From Thermoplasmatota archaeon (GTDB lineage Archaea; Thermoplasmatota; Thermoplasmata; Thermoplasmatales; ARK-15): a stretch of 42,774 nucleotides of DNA. Under the pieces are notes generated by a model that did not search any database, had not been told where the DNA came from, and saw nothing but the letters and a program-made list of their open reading frames with translations. The DNA is taken from contig JAVRLI010000001.1 in assembly GCA_031961525.1 (NCBI GenBank), positions 1 to 42,774 of the forward strand, given 5' to 3'. The position numbers and the translations under genes were made by a program. The stretch's first letter is position 1, and the number at the start of each line of letters is the position of its first letter. Of the stretch, positions 1-7,748 are shown one piece after another.

Positions 1-234
1 AGCAGGACAGAATGGTGAATCAACACTTATTCCAATAACATTTGCGTTGAATCTGTTAAAGTTTGCCATTGAATCCCTGAATGTGCACAGTTCCTTTGTG
101 CAGACGGATGTGAATGCCCCAGGGAAAAATGCAAGTATAATTTTTTTCCCGAAGAATTCAGAAAGTTTCCTCATCTTCATGTTCTGGTCAGGTAATTCAA
201 AATCCTGTGCTTTTTCTCCCACCTTTATTACCAT
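1..234 (-). CDS. bcp: Peroxiredoxin, Bcp/PrxQ type (AhpC/TSA family), N-terminal 78 codons; gene continues past the left window edge
   Basis: Not in the ORF track because it is open at the window edge. Minus-strand translation from ATG (232-234): MVIKVGEKAQDFELPDQNMKMRKLSEFFGKKIILAFFPGAFTSVCTKELCTFRDSMANFNRFNANVIGISVDSPF... PGAFTSVCTKE matches the peroxidatic-Cys motif of Bcp-type peroxiredoxins. Confidence 0.75.
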   Translation of the reverse strand, partial: MVIKVGEKAQDFELPDQNMKMRKLSEFFGKKIILAFFPGAFTSVCTKELCTFRDSMANFNRFNANVIGISVDSPFCPA

Positions 235-328
235 TTATGTCACCAACAAAACAATGTAAAGCAGATATTTAAAACATTATTTTCAAATTTTGGAAAATGT
301 TAAATCTTTTTTATGTTTACAAAAAATT

Positions 329-1111
329 ATGAACAAAAAGGAGATAGGTCACACCGGTGAATATGTTTTTCCAATAGGTCTTGGAACCTATAATATAAAA
401 AGTTACAAAAGGGCTATGGAATCTTTTTTATATGCAATACAGAGTGGAGTTGAGTTGATTGACACGGCTGAAATATACGGTACGGAAGATTTTGTTGGTG
501 AATTGATAAAAAAGGCAGGTAGGGAAAGAATTTTTGTTGTTACAAAAATCTGGCCGGATAAATTATATTCAGAAGATCTTGTTCAAAAGGCTGCTGAAAA
601 TTCATTGAAAAGGCTTGGAATTCCCTATGTTGATCTAATGCTCATTCATTGGCCAAACAGGGAAATTAGCATAGAAAGGCAGGTGAAAAGTTTTGAAATA
701 GTGTGTAAAAAAGGATATACAAGGTATATGGGTGTTAGTAACTTCAATTCTCAAGATTTAAAAAAGGCAATTGAATCAACGAACTGTGAAATTCATGCTG
801 ATGAGGTGAAATTTAGTGTTATTGACAGAAAAAATTATTTTGATTTAAAAGAGATCATTGTTGATAAGAAGATAACAATTTTGGCATATACACCAATAGA
901 AAGGGGGAATCTTTCGCAGTATTCAATTCTTAATGAAATTGCAAGAAAGTATAATGCATCACCAGTCCAGTTAAGTATAAACTATCTAATACAGAAGGAA
1001 AATACAATACCAATACCAAAGGCTGAGAGCAGGGATCATGTTGTTGAAATATTGAAATCATTAAATTTTTCAATTGAAAAGGAGGATGTCCAGTTGCTTG
1101 ATAAAATTTGA
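329..1111 (+). CDS. Aldo/keto reductase family oxidoreductase
   Basis: ORF 290..1111 opens with TTG; ATG at 329 (MNKKEIGHTGEYVFPIGLGTY) is the likelier start. AKR hallmarks are present: LIDTAEIYG (Asp/Tyr), VVTKIW (Lys), LIHWPN (His). Confidence 0.85.
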   Translation: MNKKEIGHTGEYVFPIGLGTYNIKSYKRAMESFLYAIQSGVELIDTAEIYGTEDFVGELIKKAGRERIFVVTKIWPDKLYSEDLVQKAAENSLKRLGIPYVDLMLIHWPNREISIERQVKSFEIVCKKGYTRYMGVSNFNSQDLKKAIESTNCEIHADEVKFSVIDRKNYFDLKEIIVDKKITILAYTPIERGNLSQYSILNEIARKYNASPVQLSINYLIQKENTIPIPKAESRDHVVEILKSLNFSIEKEDVQLLDKI

Positions 1112-1257
1112 ATAAAAATTGAACTTTTTACCAGAGAATGCAGTAAGTTACCTCATGGATACATGCTTAAGTTAGTACCTTATTTATGGTAATGAAAAAA
1201 TCTTTCAATGGAGCAAAATGCCACCTGTCAGGCGAAGTAGTTTGCATATAAAATTCA

Positions 1258-2175
1258 TTATTCATCACACTTTTCAAGCCTGACAATCTCAATGTCAAGA
1301 CCAAGATCAATGAGATCATTATATAGATCAATTATGAATGGAAGGTTTTCATTGTATGATATCAATTTGTATATTCTGAAATTTTCAAACTTAGATCCTT
1401 CAAAATAGAGGGGAATTAAACCTCTCGCTATAACATTGTTGAGAAAATTCTTAAGAACTGGAACATATTTTTTTCCAAGTGATGTTATCAGTTCCAGAGG
1501 CATAATTCTATATTCCTTTCCATCATAGAAAGGCCAGTAAACATAGTAATTTTTATTCTCCTTTTTTTCAGGTATGGTTCCTGAATAATTGACCCTTGTT
1601 TCCATATAAAATAAATTTTTTAAATCAATGCCATATTTTCTGAAAAATTCTGTTATTGGTTTTACATCATCTATTTCCTCAATTGAAAATGTTCCGGGGC
1701 CTATTAAATTATCGTAGGCATTATGAAGATCTATTATTCTTTTTGAAACCTCGCTGGATGAGGAATCTTTAAAATGTAAAAGTGCATAAAATCTTTTTTT
1801 ATAATAAACCATTTGGGGATAGAACAATACATCCCCAATATCTGGAAATATTGAAGAATTCTTTATTCTTTCAATGAATTTTTGGTCAGTGAAATGTATA
1901 GGCATCAATTTTATCTGAATTATTCCATTTTCCTCCTTATAGGGAATCTTTTCTTTATTTAACTCGAATTTTATTATATCATATTCGGGATGTGTTGAGG
2001 GAATTGAAATCAAATATGTCCTCATCTGTGGGAAATATCTAAGCAGAGAACCATCCTTCATTATGCGTTTTAAAAAATTCGCTTTAAGTGCACTTTCATG
2101 GAAAGAGAATATCAACTGCCTATCAAACATCTTCATATAAAGAAGATCATTTTCAAGCTCTTTGAACGTTTTCAT
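1258..2175 (-). CDS. Hypothetical protein, 305 aa, no recognisable domain
   Basis: Long uninterrupted ORF with composition typical of the window. TATA-like TTTTATATA on the minus strand (plus coordinates 2204-2212) lies about 33 nt upstream of the ATG. I recognise no motif. Confidence 0.6.
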   Translation of the reverse strand: MKTFKELENDLLYMKMFDRQLIFSFHESALKANFLKRIMKDGSLLRYFPQMRTYLISIPSTHPEYDIIKFELNKEKIPYKEENGIIQIKLMPIHFTDQKFIERIKNSSIFPDIGDVLFYPQMVYYKKRFYALLHFKDSSSSEVSKRIIDLHNAYDNLIGPGTFSIEEIDDVKPITEFFRKYGIDLKNLFYMETRVNYSGTIPEKKENKNYYVYWPFYDGKEYRIMPLELITSLGKKYVPVLKNFLNNVIARGLIPLYFEGSKFENFRIYKLISYNENLPFIIDLYNDLIDLGLDIEIVRLEKCDE

Positions 2176-2308
2176 TTTTCAGTAAATTCTAATGTTTATT
2201 TACTATATAAAATGTTCTATCATTTTGAATCATGAAAACACATGGATGTTATTTTAAAAAACCTGCAATACTAAAGTTAGAGAGTTTTTTTCTGATTGCC
2301 TGTTTTTT

Positions 2309-2328
2309 AAATAAAAATTATAATAAAA
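2309..2328 (-). terminator. Oligo-T tract downstream of tRNA-Arg (minus strand reads TTTTATTATAATTTTTATTT)
   Basis: T-rich run 18-37 nt past the tRNA 3' end. Archaeal termination typically uses oligo-T stretches. Confidence 0.35.
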
Positions 2329-2345
2329 TTTTTTACAATTTTTAA

Positions 2346-2419
2346 CGGGCCCGCTGGGAGTTGAACCCAGGCCTGGGGCTCCGGAAGCCCCTATGCTATC
2401 CTGACTACACTACGGGCCC
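2346..2419 (-). tRNA. tRNA-Arg (anticodon CCG)
   Basis: Reverse complement is GGGCCCGTAGTGTAGTCAGGATAGCATAGGGGCTTCCGGAGCCCCAGGCCTGGGTTCAACTCCCAGCGGGCCCG. It folds by hand into a cloverleaf: 7-bp acceptor GGGCCCG/CGGGCCC, anticodon stem GGGGC/GCCCC with loop TTCCGGA, T arm CTGGG-TTCAACT-CCCAG. 74 nt, no encoded CCA. Confidence 0.9.
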
Positions 2420-2434
2420 CGGATCCTCAATAGA

Positions 2435-2587
2435 TTACTTTTTCTTAAATTCTGTGTATCCGCATTTACCGCACGTATATCTGTCTTTGTGCTCGGCCAG
2501 AAAAACTCCAGGTCCGCACTTGGGGCATGTTTTTCTCTTTCTCACAAGCTTACCATCAACAATTTCATAGAGCTCTCTTTTCTGCAA
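2435..2587 (-). CDS. rps27ae: 30S ribosomal protein S27ae (eS31), 50 aa, TTG start
   Basis: Not in the ORF track (under 60 aa). Hand translation gives (M)[49 protein letters not shown], the CPxCG...CGxCGYT zinc-ribbon signature of S27ae. An in-frame TGA at 2594-2596 leaves TTG (2585-2587) as the only plausible start. It sits directly after S24e, as in most archaea. Confidence 0.85.
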   Translation of the reverse strand: MQKRELYEIVDGKLVRKRKTCPKCGPGVFLAEHKDRYTCGKCGYTEFKKK

Positions 2588-2589
2588 TT

Positions 2590-2892
2590 TTATTCACCCC
2601 TTTTCTTAGGTTCCTTTAGTCCATGTCTAATCAGAATGTAGTCAGGTTCTATTTTCTTTGCAAGTTCAATACTCTCATAAATTTTACAGTAGCCCGTTAC
2701 CTGCTGAATTCCGAATGATGTTCTCATGTGATCTATTATTACCCTTTCAGGTTCGGATGATAGGTTCTTTGCCAGTAAATTCCTCACATCCATCCTTGAG
2801 GGTGTTTTCTCCTTCGGATGCTTAATCCTGAATTTTATCTCAATCCTGTGCAGGAGAGGATTTTCCCTTTTTTCAATTATTTCAAGATCCAT
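2590..2892 (-). CDS. rps24e: 30S ribosomal protein S24e (eS24)
   Basis: [25 protein letters not shown]...[13 protein letters not shown]...GYCKIYES is the typical S24e pattern. The S24e-S27ae pairing is conserved. Confidence 0.9.
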   Translation of the reverse strand: MDLEIIEKRENPLLHRIEIKFRIKHPKEKTPSRMDVRNLLAKNLSSEPERVIIDHMRTSFGIQQVTGYCKIYESIELAKKIEPDYILIRHGLKEPKKRGE

Positions 2893-3409
2893 ATTCCCTC
2901 ACCATCATTTTCAGCAAATTCTTTACCTTTTCCCTTATATCTTTTCCCACTTCAATTATGTTTAGACCCTTATTAGGAATTCCATATATAATAATAACGC
3001 CATCCCTTGAATGGTAGATGGATGGAATGGAAGCCATGTCCTCCTCGCCAACAACAAGTATTGCCCTATCCTTGTTCTCAAGAGCCATCTTTACACCATT
3101 CCATAGATCATATGTAATGTAACCTGGAGGGTTCTCAACAACAATTTTTTCCTTAAAATGTTTCATCAACATCCTTGAATCAATGGATTCCCTTTTTGTT
3201 TTAAGATCAAATATGGCGAGCATGGGTTCAAAATTATTTTTTATTAAAGTTAAAGTTGTTTCATCCCCAATGCTTATCACCTTTCTTTTTTCTATGATTT
3301 TCATTGCATCATTCTCGTTGTAAACGGGACCAACGGGAACAGAAAGTTCATAACGAAGGTTCTCTGGCAGTTTAAGTCTCTCACCTTGTCTTAATTGCAT
3401 ATTCCCCAT
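2882..3409 (-). CDS. DUF359 / COG1909 protein (archaeal GTP-dependent dephospho-CoA kinase family)
   Basis: Size, sequence (LKLPENLRYELSVPVGPVY...ISIGDETT...VVGEEDMASIP) and position between spt4 and S24e match the conserved archaeal DUF359 gene. The ORF extends to 3436, but Met at 3409 or 3400 fits homolog N-termini better. It overlaps the spt4 3' end and S24e by 11 nt. Confidence 0.7.
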   Translation of the reverse strand: MGNMQLRQGERLKLPENLRYELSVPVGPVYNENDAMKIIEKRKVISIGDETTLTLIKNNFEPMLAIFDLKTKRESIDSRMLMKHFKEKIVVENPPGYITYDLWNGVKMALENKDRAILVVGEEDMASIPSIYHSRDGVIIIYGIPNKGLNIIEVGKDIREKVKNLLKMMVREYGS

Positions 3410-3566
3410 CTTTCGTCTTTCCAATCTTTTTTGCAAGTTCAGATTTTTCAGGGTAAATTATGTAAATGTACCCATCCCATTCTTTTGTTGTTTCTGCCCC
3501 ACAGTCCGGACATTTAAGTTCCGTTGTTATTCTACCGCATTTCCTGCATGCTCTAAGTTCCTTCAT
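3381..3566 (-). CDS. spt4: Transcription elongation factor Spt4 (RpoE'')
   Basis: 61 aa with a zinc ribbon, MKELRACRKCGRITTELKCPDCGAETTKEWDGYIYII. Located immediately downstream of rpoE'. Confidence 0.85.
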   Translation of the reverse strand: MKELRACRKCGRITTELKCPDCGAETTKEWDGYIYIIYPEKSELAKKIGKTKDGEYAIKTR

Positions 3567-4134
3567 TTTTCATCAGATCCTCCAGTTTACCAAGACCAGG
3601 CTGTCTCATTGTAAGGCCAATTTTACTTTCCCTTATATTTTCATCGTTTATTGATATTGAAACCAGTCTTACCCTTACCTTATCATTTACCCTTAAATCC
3701 TTCTTTGTATCCTTTCCTATCAATCTTTTACCCTCAAGGTCAATGTCAAATCTATCATCCATTATCTGGCTTATGTGGAGAAGACCATCAATAAGTCCGA
3801 ACCTGACGAATGCACCAAAGTTAACAATATCAACAACACTTCCCTCAAGAACCTCCTGCATTTCTGGATGGAATGCTATTCCGGTGAACTTTACTTTTTG
3901 ATATACACCACCATCTCCTGGTATTATTCTACCCTCACCAATCCTTTCAATATCAAGAACAGCAACAATGATATACTTCCTTTCCTGTGGATCAGCCACG
4001 ATTTCCTTATCAAAACTTTTTACCTTTCCCTCAAGCTTTTCATATGCTAATTTTTTAATCTCCTCATCAATATTTTCTCCGAGCCTGTTTGGTGGAATTC
4101 GAATCACATCCTCATCCTCAATAAGCATGTACAT
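3553..4134 (-). CDS. rpoE: DNA-directed RNA polymerase subunit E' (Rpo7), S1 domain
   Basis: An N-terminal Rpb7-like fold sequence is followed by an S1 motif (GSVVDIVNFGAFVRFGLIDGLLHISQI). Overlaps spt4 by 14 nt. Confidence 0.9.
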   Translation of the reverse strand: MYMLIEDEDVIRIPPNRLGENIDEEIKKLAYEKLEGKVKSFDKEIVADPQERKYIIVAVLDIERIGEGRIIPGDGGVYQKVKFTGIAFHPEMQEVLEGSVVDIVNFGAFVRFGLIDGLLHISQIMDDRFDIDLEGKRLIGKDTKKDLRVNDKVRVRLVSISINDENIRESKIGLTMRQPGLGKLEDLMKNEGT

Positions 4135-4218
4135 GGTTTACCCTCTGAGGTTCAAAATAGTAAATACAGAAGTGTTATAAATAATTAATTATCAATCAGA
4201 AAAATAAAAAGAAAAAAT

Positions 4219-4899
4219 TTATTGTAATAATTTCTTTGCTTCTTTTACTTCATTTTCTGGCGCATCCTGGTATGTTAACCACCAGGAATATCCCTTGTAT
4301 TTCTTGAGAACCTTCTTTGCATCCTCACTGTTCTTCGGTGGAGGATTGAGGAACTTATCACCTATAATTTCATTGTTTGGCCAGTTTGCTGGAGTAACAA
4401 CCTTATATTTATCAACCATCTGCAGTGCCTTGACCATTCTAAGTATTTCGCTTATGTTCCTTCCTATTTCCAGAGGATAGTATAGAATTGCCCTTATTAC
4501 AGCATTATCATCCACTATGAAAACAGTTCTCACAGTGCTTGTTGATGATTCAGCGTGGATCATACCCAGTTTCCTTGCAACAACACCCATTGGATCCGCT
4601 ATGATTGGGAATGGTATTTCAATCTTCAGGTTTTCCCTTATCCAGTTCAGCCACTCTATATGGGATATGTTTGTGTCAACGCTCAAACCTATAAGTTCCG
4701 TGTTCAATTTCTTGAAATCATCATACCTTTTTGCAAAGCTGTAAAATTCCGTTGTGCATACAGGTGTGAAATCTCCAGGATGACTGAAAAGCACAAACCA
4801 TTTTTTCTGGAATTTCTCAGGAAGTTTGTAGATACCTGATGTTGTCACCACTTCCATATCCGGGAATTTCTCTCCTATCAATGGCATTTTTTCATCCAT
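4219..4899 (-). CDS. Peroxiredoxin (Prx6/1-Cys-like archaeal thioredoxin peroxidase)
   Basis: [18 protein letters not shown]...[17 protein letters not shown] is the canonical Prx active-site block. The ORF opens with GTG at 4908; ATGs at 4899 and 4887 (MPLIGEKF) fit homolog N-termini better. Confidence 0.9.
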   Translation of the reverse strand: MDEKMPLIGEKFPDMEVVTTSGIYKLPEKFQKKWFVLFSHPGDFTPVCTTEFYSFAKRYDDFKKLNTELIGLSVDTNISHIEWLNWIRENLKIEIPFPIIADPMGVVARKLGMIHAESSTSTVRTVFIVDDNAVIRAILYYPLEIGRNISEILRMVKALQMVDKYKVVTPANWPNNEIIGDKFLNPPPKNSEDAKKVLKKYKGYSWWLTYQDAPENEVKEAKKLLQ

Positions 4900-4950
4900 A
4901 TTTTTCACCGATCATGAATAATAAACAAAAGTATATAAATTTTATTCATT

Positions 4951-4980
4951 TTTTAAAAAATTTTAAACAATTTTAAAAAT
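4951..4980. repeat. Three tandem 10-bp units TTTTAAA(A/C)A(A/T) in the prx/lrp divergent intergenic region
   Basis: Read directly: ttttaaaaaa / ttttaaacaa / ttttaaaaat, followed by a degenerate fourth unit ttattaacac. The repeat has helical-turn phasing. Confidence 0.7.
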
Positions 4981-5031
4981 TTATTAACACAGTAAGAAAT
5001 ATTTTTATCCGTGTTCCCATTTCCAAAAACC

Positions 5032-5445
5032 ATGGATGATCTTGATTTGAAAATAGTAAAGGTTCTTTCGGAAAATTGTAAAATTTCATTCAGGGAACTG
5101 GCAAAAATGCTTAATGTTAGTACCGGAACTGTTAGGAACAGATTAATTTTTCTTGAGAAGGAGGGAATAATTGTTGGCTGTAATGGTCGTTTCAACTATA
5201 AAAAACTGGGTCTTTCAGAAATAATTGTTGGTTTTGATATTTTTCCTGAAGAGTATGTGAATACCTTGCAGAGAATTAAAGAACTGGATTTTGTTAAGGA
5301 ACTATATTCAACATCTGGTGATCATTCAGCAATAGCAATAGTAATCTGTAATGAAAATGAAATTTATGATTACATAAGAAAAATGGAAAAAATTGAGGGT
5401 GTAAGAAAGGTATATCCTGCTATAGTAAATTCAGTTATAAAATAG
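5032..5445 (+). CDS. Lrp/AsnC family transcriptional regulator
   Basis: MDDLDLKIVKVLSENCKISFRELAKMLNVSTGTVRNRLIFLEKEGII is the Lrp/AsnC HTH, followed by a RAM-like C-terminal domain. The ORF opens with GTG at 5011; ATG at 5032 is preferred. Confidence 0.85.
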   Translation: MDDLDLKIVKVLSENCKISFRELAKMLNVSTGTVRNRLIFLEKEGIIVGCNGRFNYKKLGLSEIIVGFDIFPEEYVNTLQRIKELDFVKELYSTSGDHSAIAIVICNENEIYDYIRKMEKIEGVRKVYPAIVNSVIK

Positions 5446-5483
5446 AGAAATTTTTAATAAATTGATAGATTTTTCAATGGAAA

Positions 5484-7052
5484 ATGATTGATCTTGGAAA
5501 GATAATAGCGGATGAGATCGTGAAGAATGAAATAGTGGATGAAAGGGAAATAGAGAAATTGAAGATGGAATTATCAAAAAAATACCATTTACCCATTCCT
5601 AAAAACAGTGAAATACTTTCAAAACTTCCCCAGGAATATAAAAAAGAATTGAAGGAAAAATTAAAGAGAAAGCCTTCAAGAACACTTTCAGGTGTAGCCA
5701 TAATAGCTGCAATGACATCACCTTTCCCCTGTCCACATGGAAAATGCCTATACTGCCCGGGTGGTGTTGAATATAATACTGCCCAGTCATACACTGGCAG
5801 GGAACCGGCAGCATTGAGGGCAATACAGCACAATTATGATCCATACAAACAGGTAAGCGCAAGAATGAAACAGCTTGAGGCAATAGGGCATTCAACATCA
5901 AAAATTGATGGAATAGTGATGGGTGGAACAGTAACAGCAAGGCCTGTTGATTATCAGATAAATTTTGTTAAAGGTATGTACGACGCATTGAATGGTTTCA
6001 TATCAAAGGATATAGATGAGGCAATAAGGTACAATGAAATATCTGATCACAGAATGATAGGATTAACCTTTGAAACCAGACCTGACTGGTTTTATGAAAA
6101 GGAGATTGATCTGTCATTAAAGCTAGGTGTGACAAGGGTTGAGCTCGGTGTTCAGAGCACATTTGATGATATACTTAATCTTGTAAAAAGGGGTCATGGG
6201 CAGAAGGAAGTAATAAGGTCAACACAGCTTTCAAAGGATGCCGGTCTAAAGGTTCTATACCACATGATGCCGGGTTTACCCGGCAGTGATTTCAACAGGG
6301 ATATTGAGAGTTTCAGAAAAATATTCAACGATGATGCCTACAAACCGGACATGCTTAAAATATACCCAACACTTGTTGTGGAAAAAAGTGAACTCTATAA
6401 CTGGTGGAAGGAAGGAAAATACAAACCATATGATGAGGAAACATTAATAGAACTTTTAATAAAAATAAAGACAATGGTTCCAAGATGGATGAGAATACAG
6501 AGGATAGAGAGGGACATACCTGTTCCATTGATAGTGGCTGGGAATAAAAGGAGCGATATAAGGGATGTTGTTTACAACATAATGAAGGAAAGGGGTTTGC
6601 ACTGTAACTGTATAAGATGCAGGGAAATAGGAAGGAAGATTGAAAAGAATGAAATGGAAAAGCCATTCAGGATAGAAATGAACAGGATTGATTACAATGC
6701 ATCGAATGGAAAGGAAATATTTCTGAGCTTTGATGAAATAAACAATGATGCGATAATAGGTTTCCTCAGGCTCAGGGTACCATCTGAGGATGCTCACAGA
6801 TATGAGGTGAGGGATTCAACAATTGTTAGGGAATTGAAGGTTTTTGGTCCTGAGGTACCTGTTAGCGAAAAATACGATTTTGCCTGGCAGCATAAGGGTT
6901 ATGGTAAAATGCTAATGGATGAGGCTGAAAGAATAACTAAGGATGAGTTTGGTATGGATTATATTCTTGTTAACAGCGGTGTTGGTGCAAGGGAATACTA
7001 CAGGAAGCTTGGATACGATCTTTACGGTGTATATATGAGGAAAAAGCTATAG
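5484..7052 (+). CDS. elp3: Archaeal Elp3 homolog (radical SAM + GNAT; tRNA U34 carboxymethyl/acetyl transferase family)
   Basis: Radical-SAM cluster motif CPHGKCLYCPGG, a central Elp3 core (LGVTRVELGVQS) and a C-terminal GNAT (WQHKGYGKMLMDEAE). 522 aa. Confidence 0.9.
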   Translation: MIDLGKIIADEIVKNEIVDEREIEKLKMELSKKYHLPIPKNSEILSKLPQEYKKELKEKLKRKPSRTLSGVAIIAAMTSPFPCPHGKCLYCPGGVEYNTAQSYTGREPAALRAIQHNYDPYKQVSARMKQLEAIGHSTSKIDGIVMGGTVTARPVDYQINFVKGMYDALNGFISKDIDEAIRYNEISDHRMIGLTFETRPDWFYEKEIDLSLKLGVTRVELGVQSTFDDILNLVKRGHGQKEVIRSTQLSKDAGLKVLYHMMPGLPGSDFNRDIESFRKIFNDDAYKPDMLKIYPTLVVEKSELYNWWKEGKYKPYDEETLIELLIKIKTMVPRWMRIQRIERDIPVPLIVAGNKRSDIRDVVYNIMKERGLHCNCIRCREIGRKIEKNEMEKPFRIEMNRIDYNASNGKEIFLSFDEINNDAIIGFLRLRVPSEDAHRYEVRDSTIVRELKVFGPEVPVSEKYDFAWQHKGYGKMLMDEAERITKDEFGMDYILVNSGVGAREYYRKLGYDLYGVYMRKKL

Positions 7053-7682
7053 TTTTTTTATTTTATTGATAACACCAACGGGATCCTTCGATTCATAAAT
7101 TGATCTTCCAACAATTATGTAATCGCTTCCATTTTCGAATGCTTTTTTTGCATCCCCTCCCTGTGGGCCTATGCCCGGGGAGAAAATCAAAACATGCGGA
7201 AAATTTTCCCTGTAAACTTTAATTCTTTCAGGTCTTGTACCAGGTACTATAAGACCCTTCACACCATTTTCAATGGATTTTTTTGCGATTTCAATTCCAT
7301 TTTTTTGCATGAATTCAATGGCTCCGGGATGTGACATTTCTGCAATCGAATAAACATCACGCGGTGAGAATTCCTCAACAAGAGCTTTTATGGAATCCGA
7401 ACCAACAAATCCATGAGCTACGATTCCATCAACCTTATGTTTTTTTATTATTTTTGCAATAATTCTGTTTGTATTCGGTATGTCAGCTATCTTTATATCA
7501 ACAATCACACTTCCAAAATTTGATATTTCATCAACAACTGAAATACCATTCTCAAGTATGAGAGGATAACCAACCTTGAATCCATCAACGTAATCACAAA
7601 CCTTCTCAGAAATTTTTAAAGCATCATCTATTTTCTCAACATCAAGGGCAAGGATTATTCCGCTGGAATTTTTCAATGGCAT
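7047..7682 (-). CDS. pyrF: Orotidine 5'-phosphate decarboxylase
   Basis: ILALDV...DIKIADIPNT...GPQGG...IIVGRSI are the classical OMPdecase motifs. Confidence 0.9.
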   Translation of the reverse strand: MPLKNSSGIILALDVEKIDDALKISEKVCDYVDGFKVGYPLILENGISVVDEISNFGSVIVDIKIADIPNTNRIIAKIIKKHKVDGIVAHGFVGSDSIKALVEEFSPRDVYSIAEMSHPGAIEFMQKNGIEIAKKSIENGVKGLIVPGTRPERIKVYRENFPHVLIFSPGIGPQGGDAKKAFENGSDYIIVGRSIYESKDPVGVINKIKKL

Positions 7683-7719
7683 AATTGGAAATAGGTGAAT
7701 TCAATATTAATTTTATCCT

Positions 7720-7741
7720 ATTCAAATGAAAAAATTTGAAT
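7720..7741 (-). terminator. 8-bp inverted repeat (attcaaat / atttgaat) with a T6 run on the minus strand, just after the recJ-like stop
   Basis: Read directly: attcaaatgaaaaaatttgaat. Located 8 nt downstream of the stop at 7749. Its function is not established. Confidence 0.3.
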
Positions 7742-7748
7742 TTTTTAA

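Noticed and set aside
47-259. 70-aa plus-strand ORF at the left edge
   Set aside because: It lies antisense to a clearly recognisable Bcp-type peroxiredoxin (1-234, minus strand). The sequence is low-complexity and hydrophobic with no motif.
1112-1257. 146-nt convergent intergenic gap scanned for a C/D-box or other small RNA and for a micro-ORF (MVMKKSFNGAKCHLSGEVVCI)
   Set aside because: There are no convincing C (RUGAUGA) / D (CUGA) box pairs and no stable hairpin. The 21-aa ORF has no start context or recognisable family.
2361-2570. 69-aa plus-strand ORF
   Set aside because: It overlaps the tRNA-Arg gene and is antisense to the S27ae coding sequence. It is an artefact of the opposite-strand genes.
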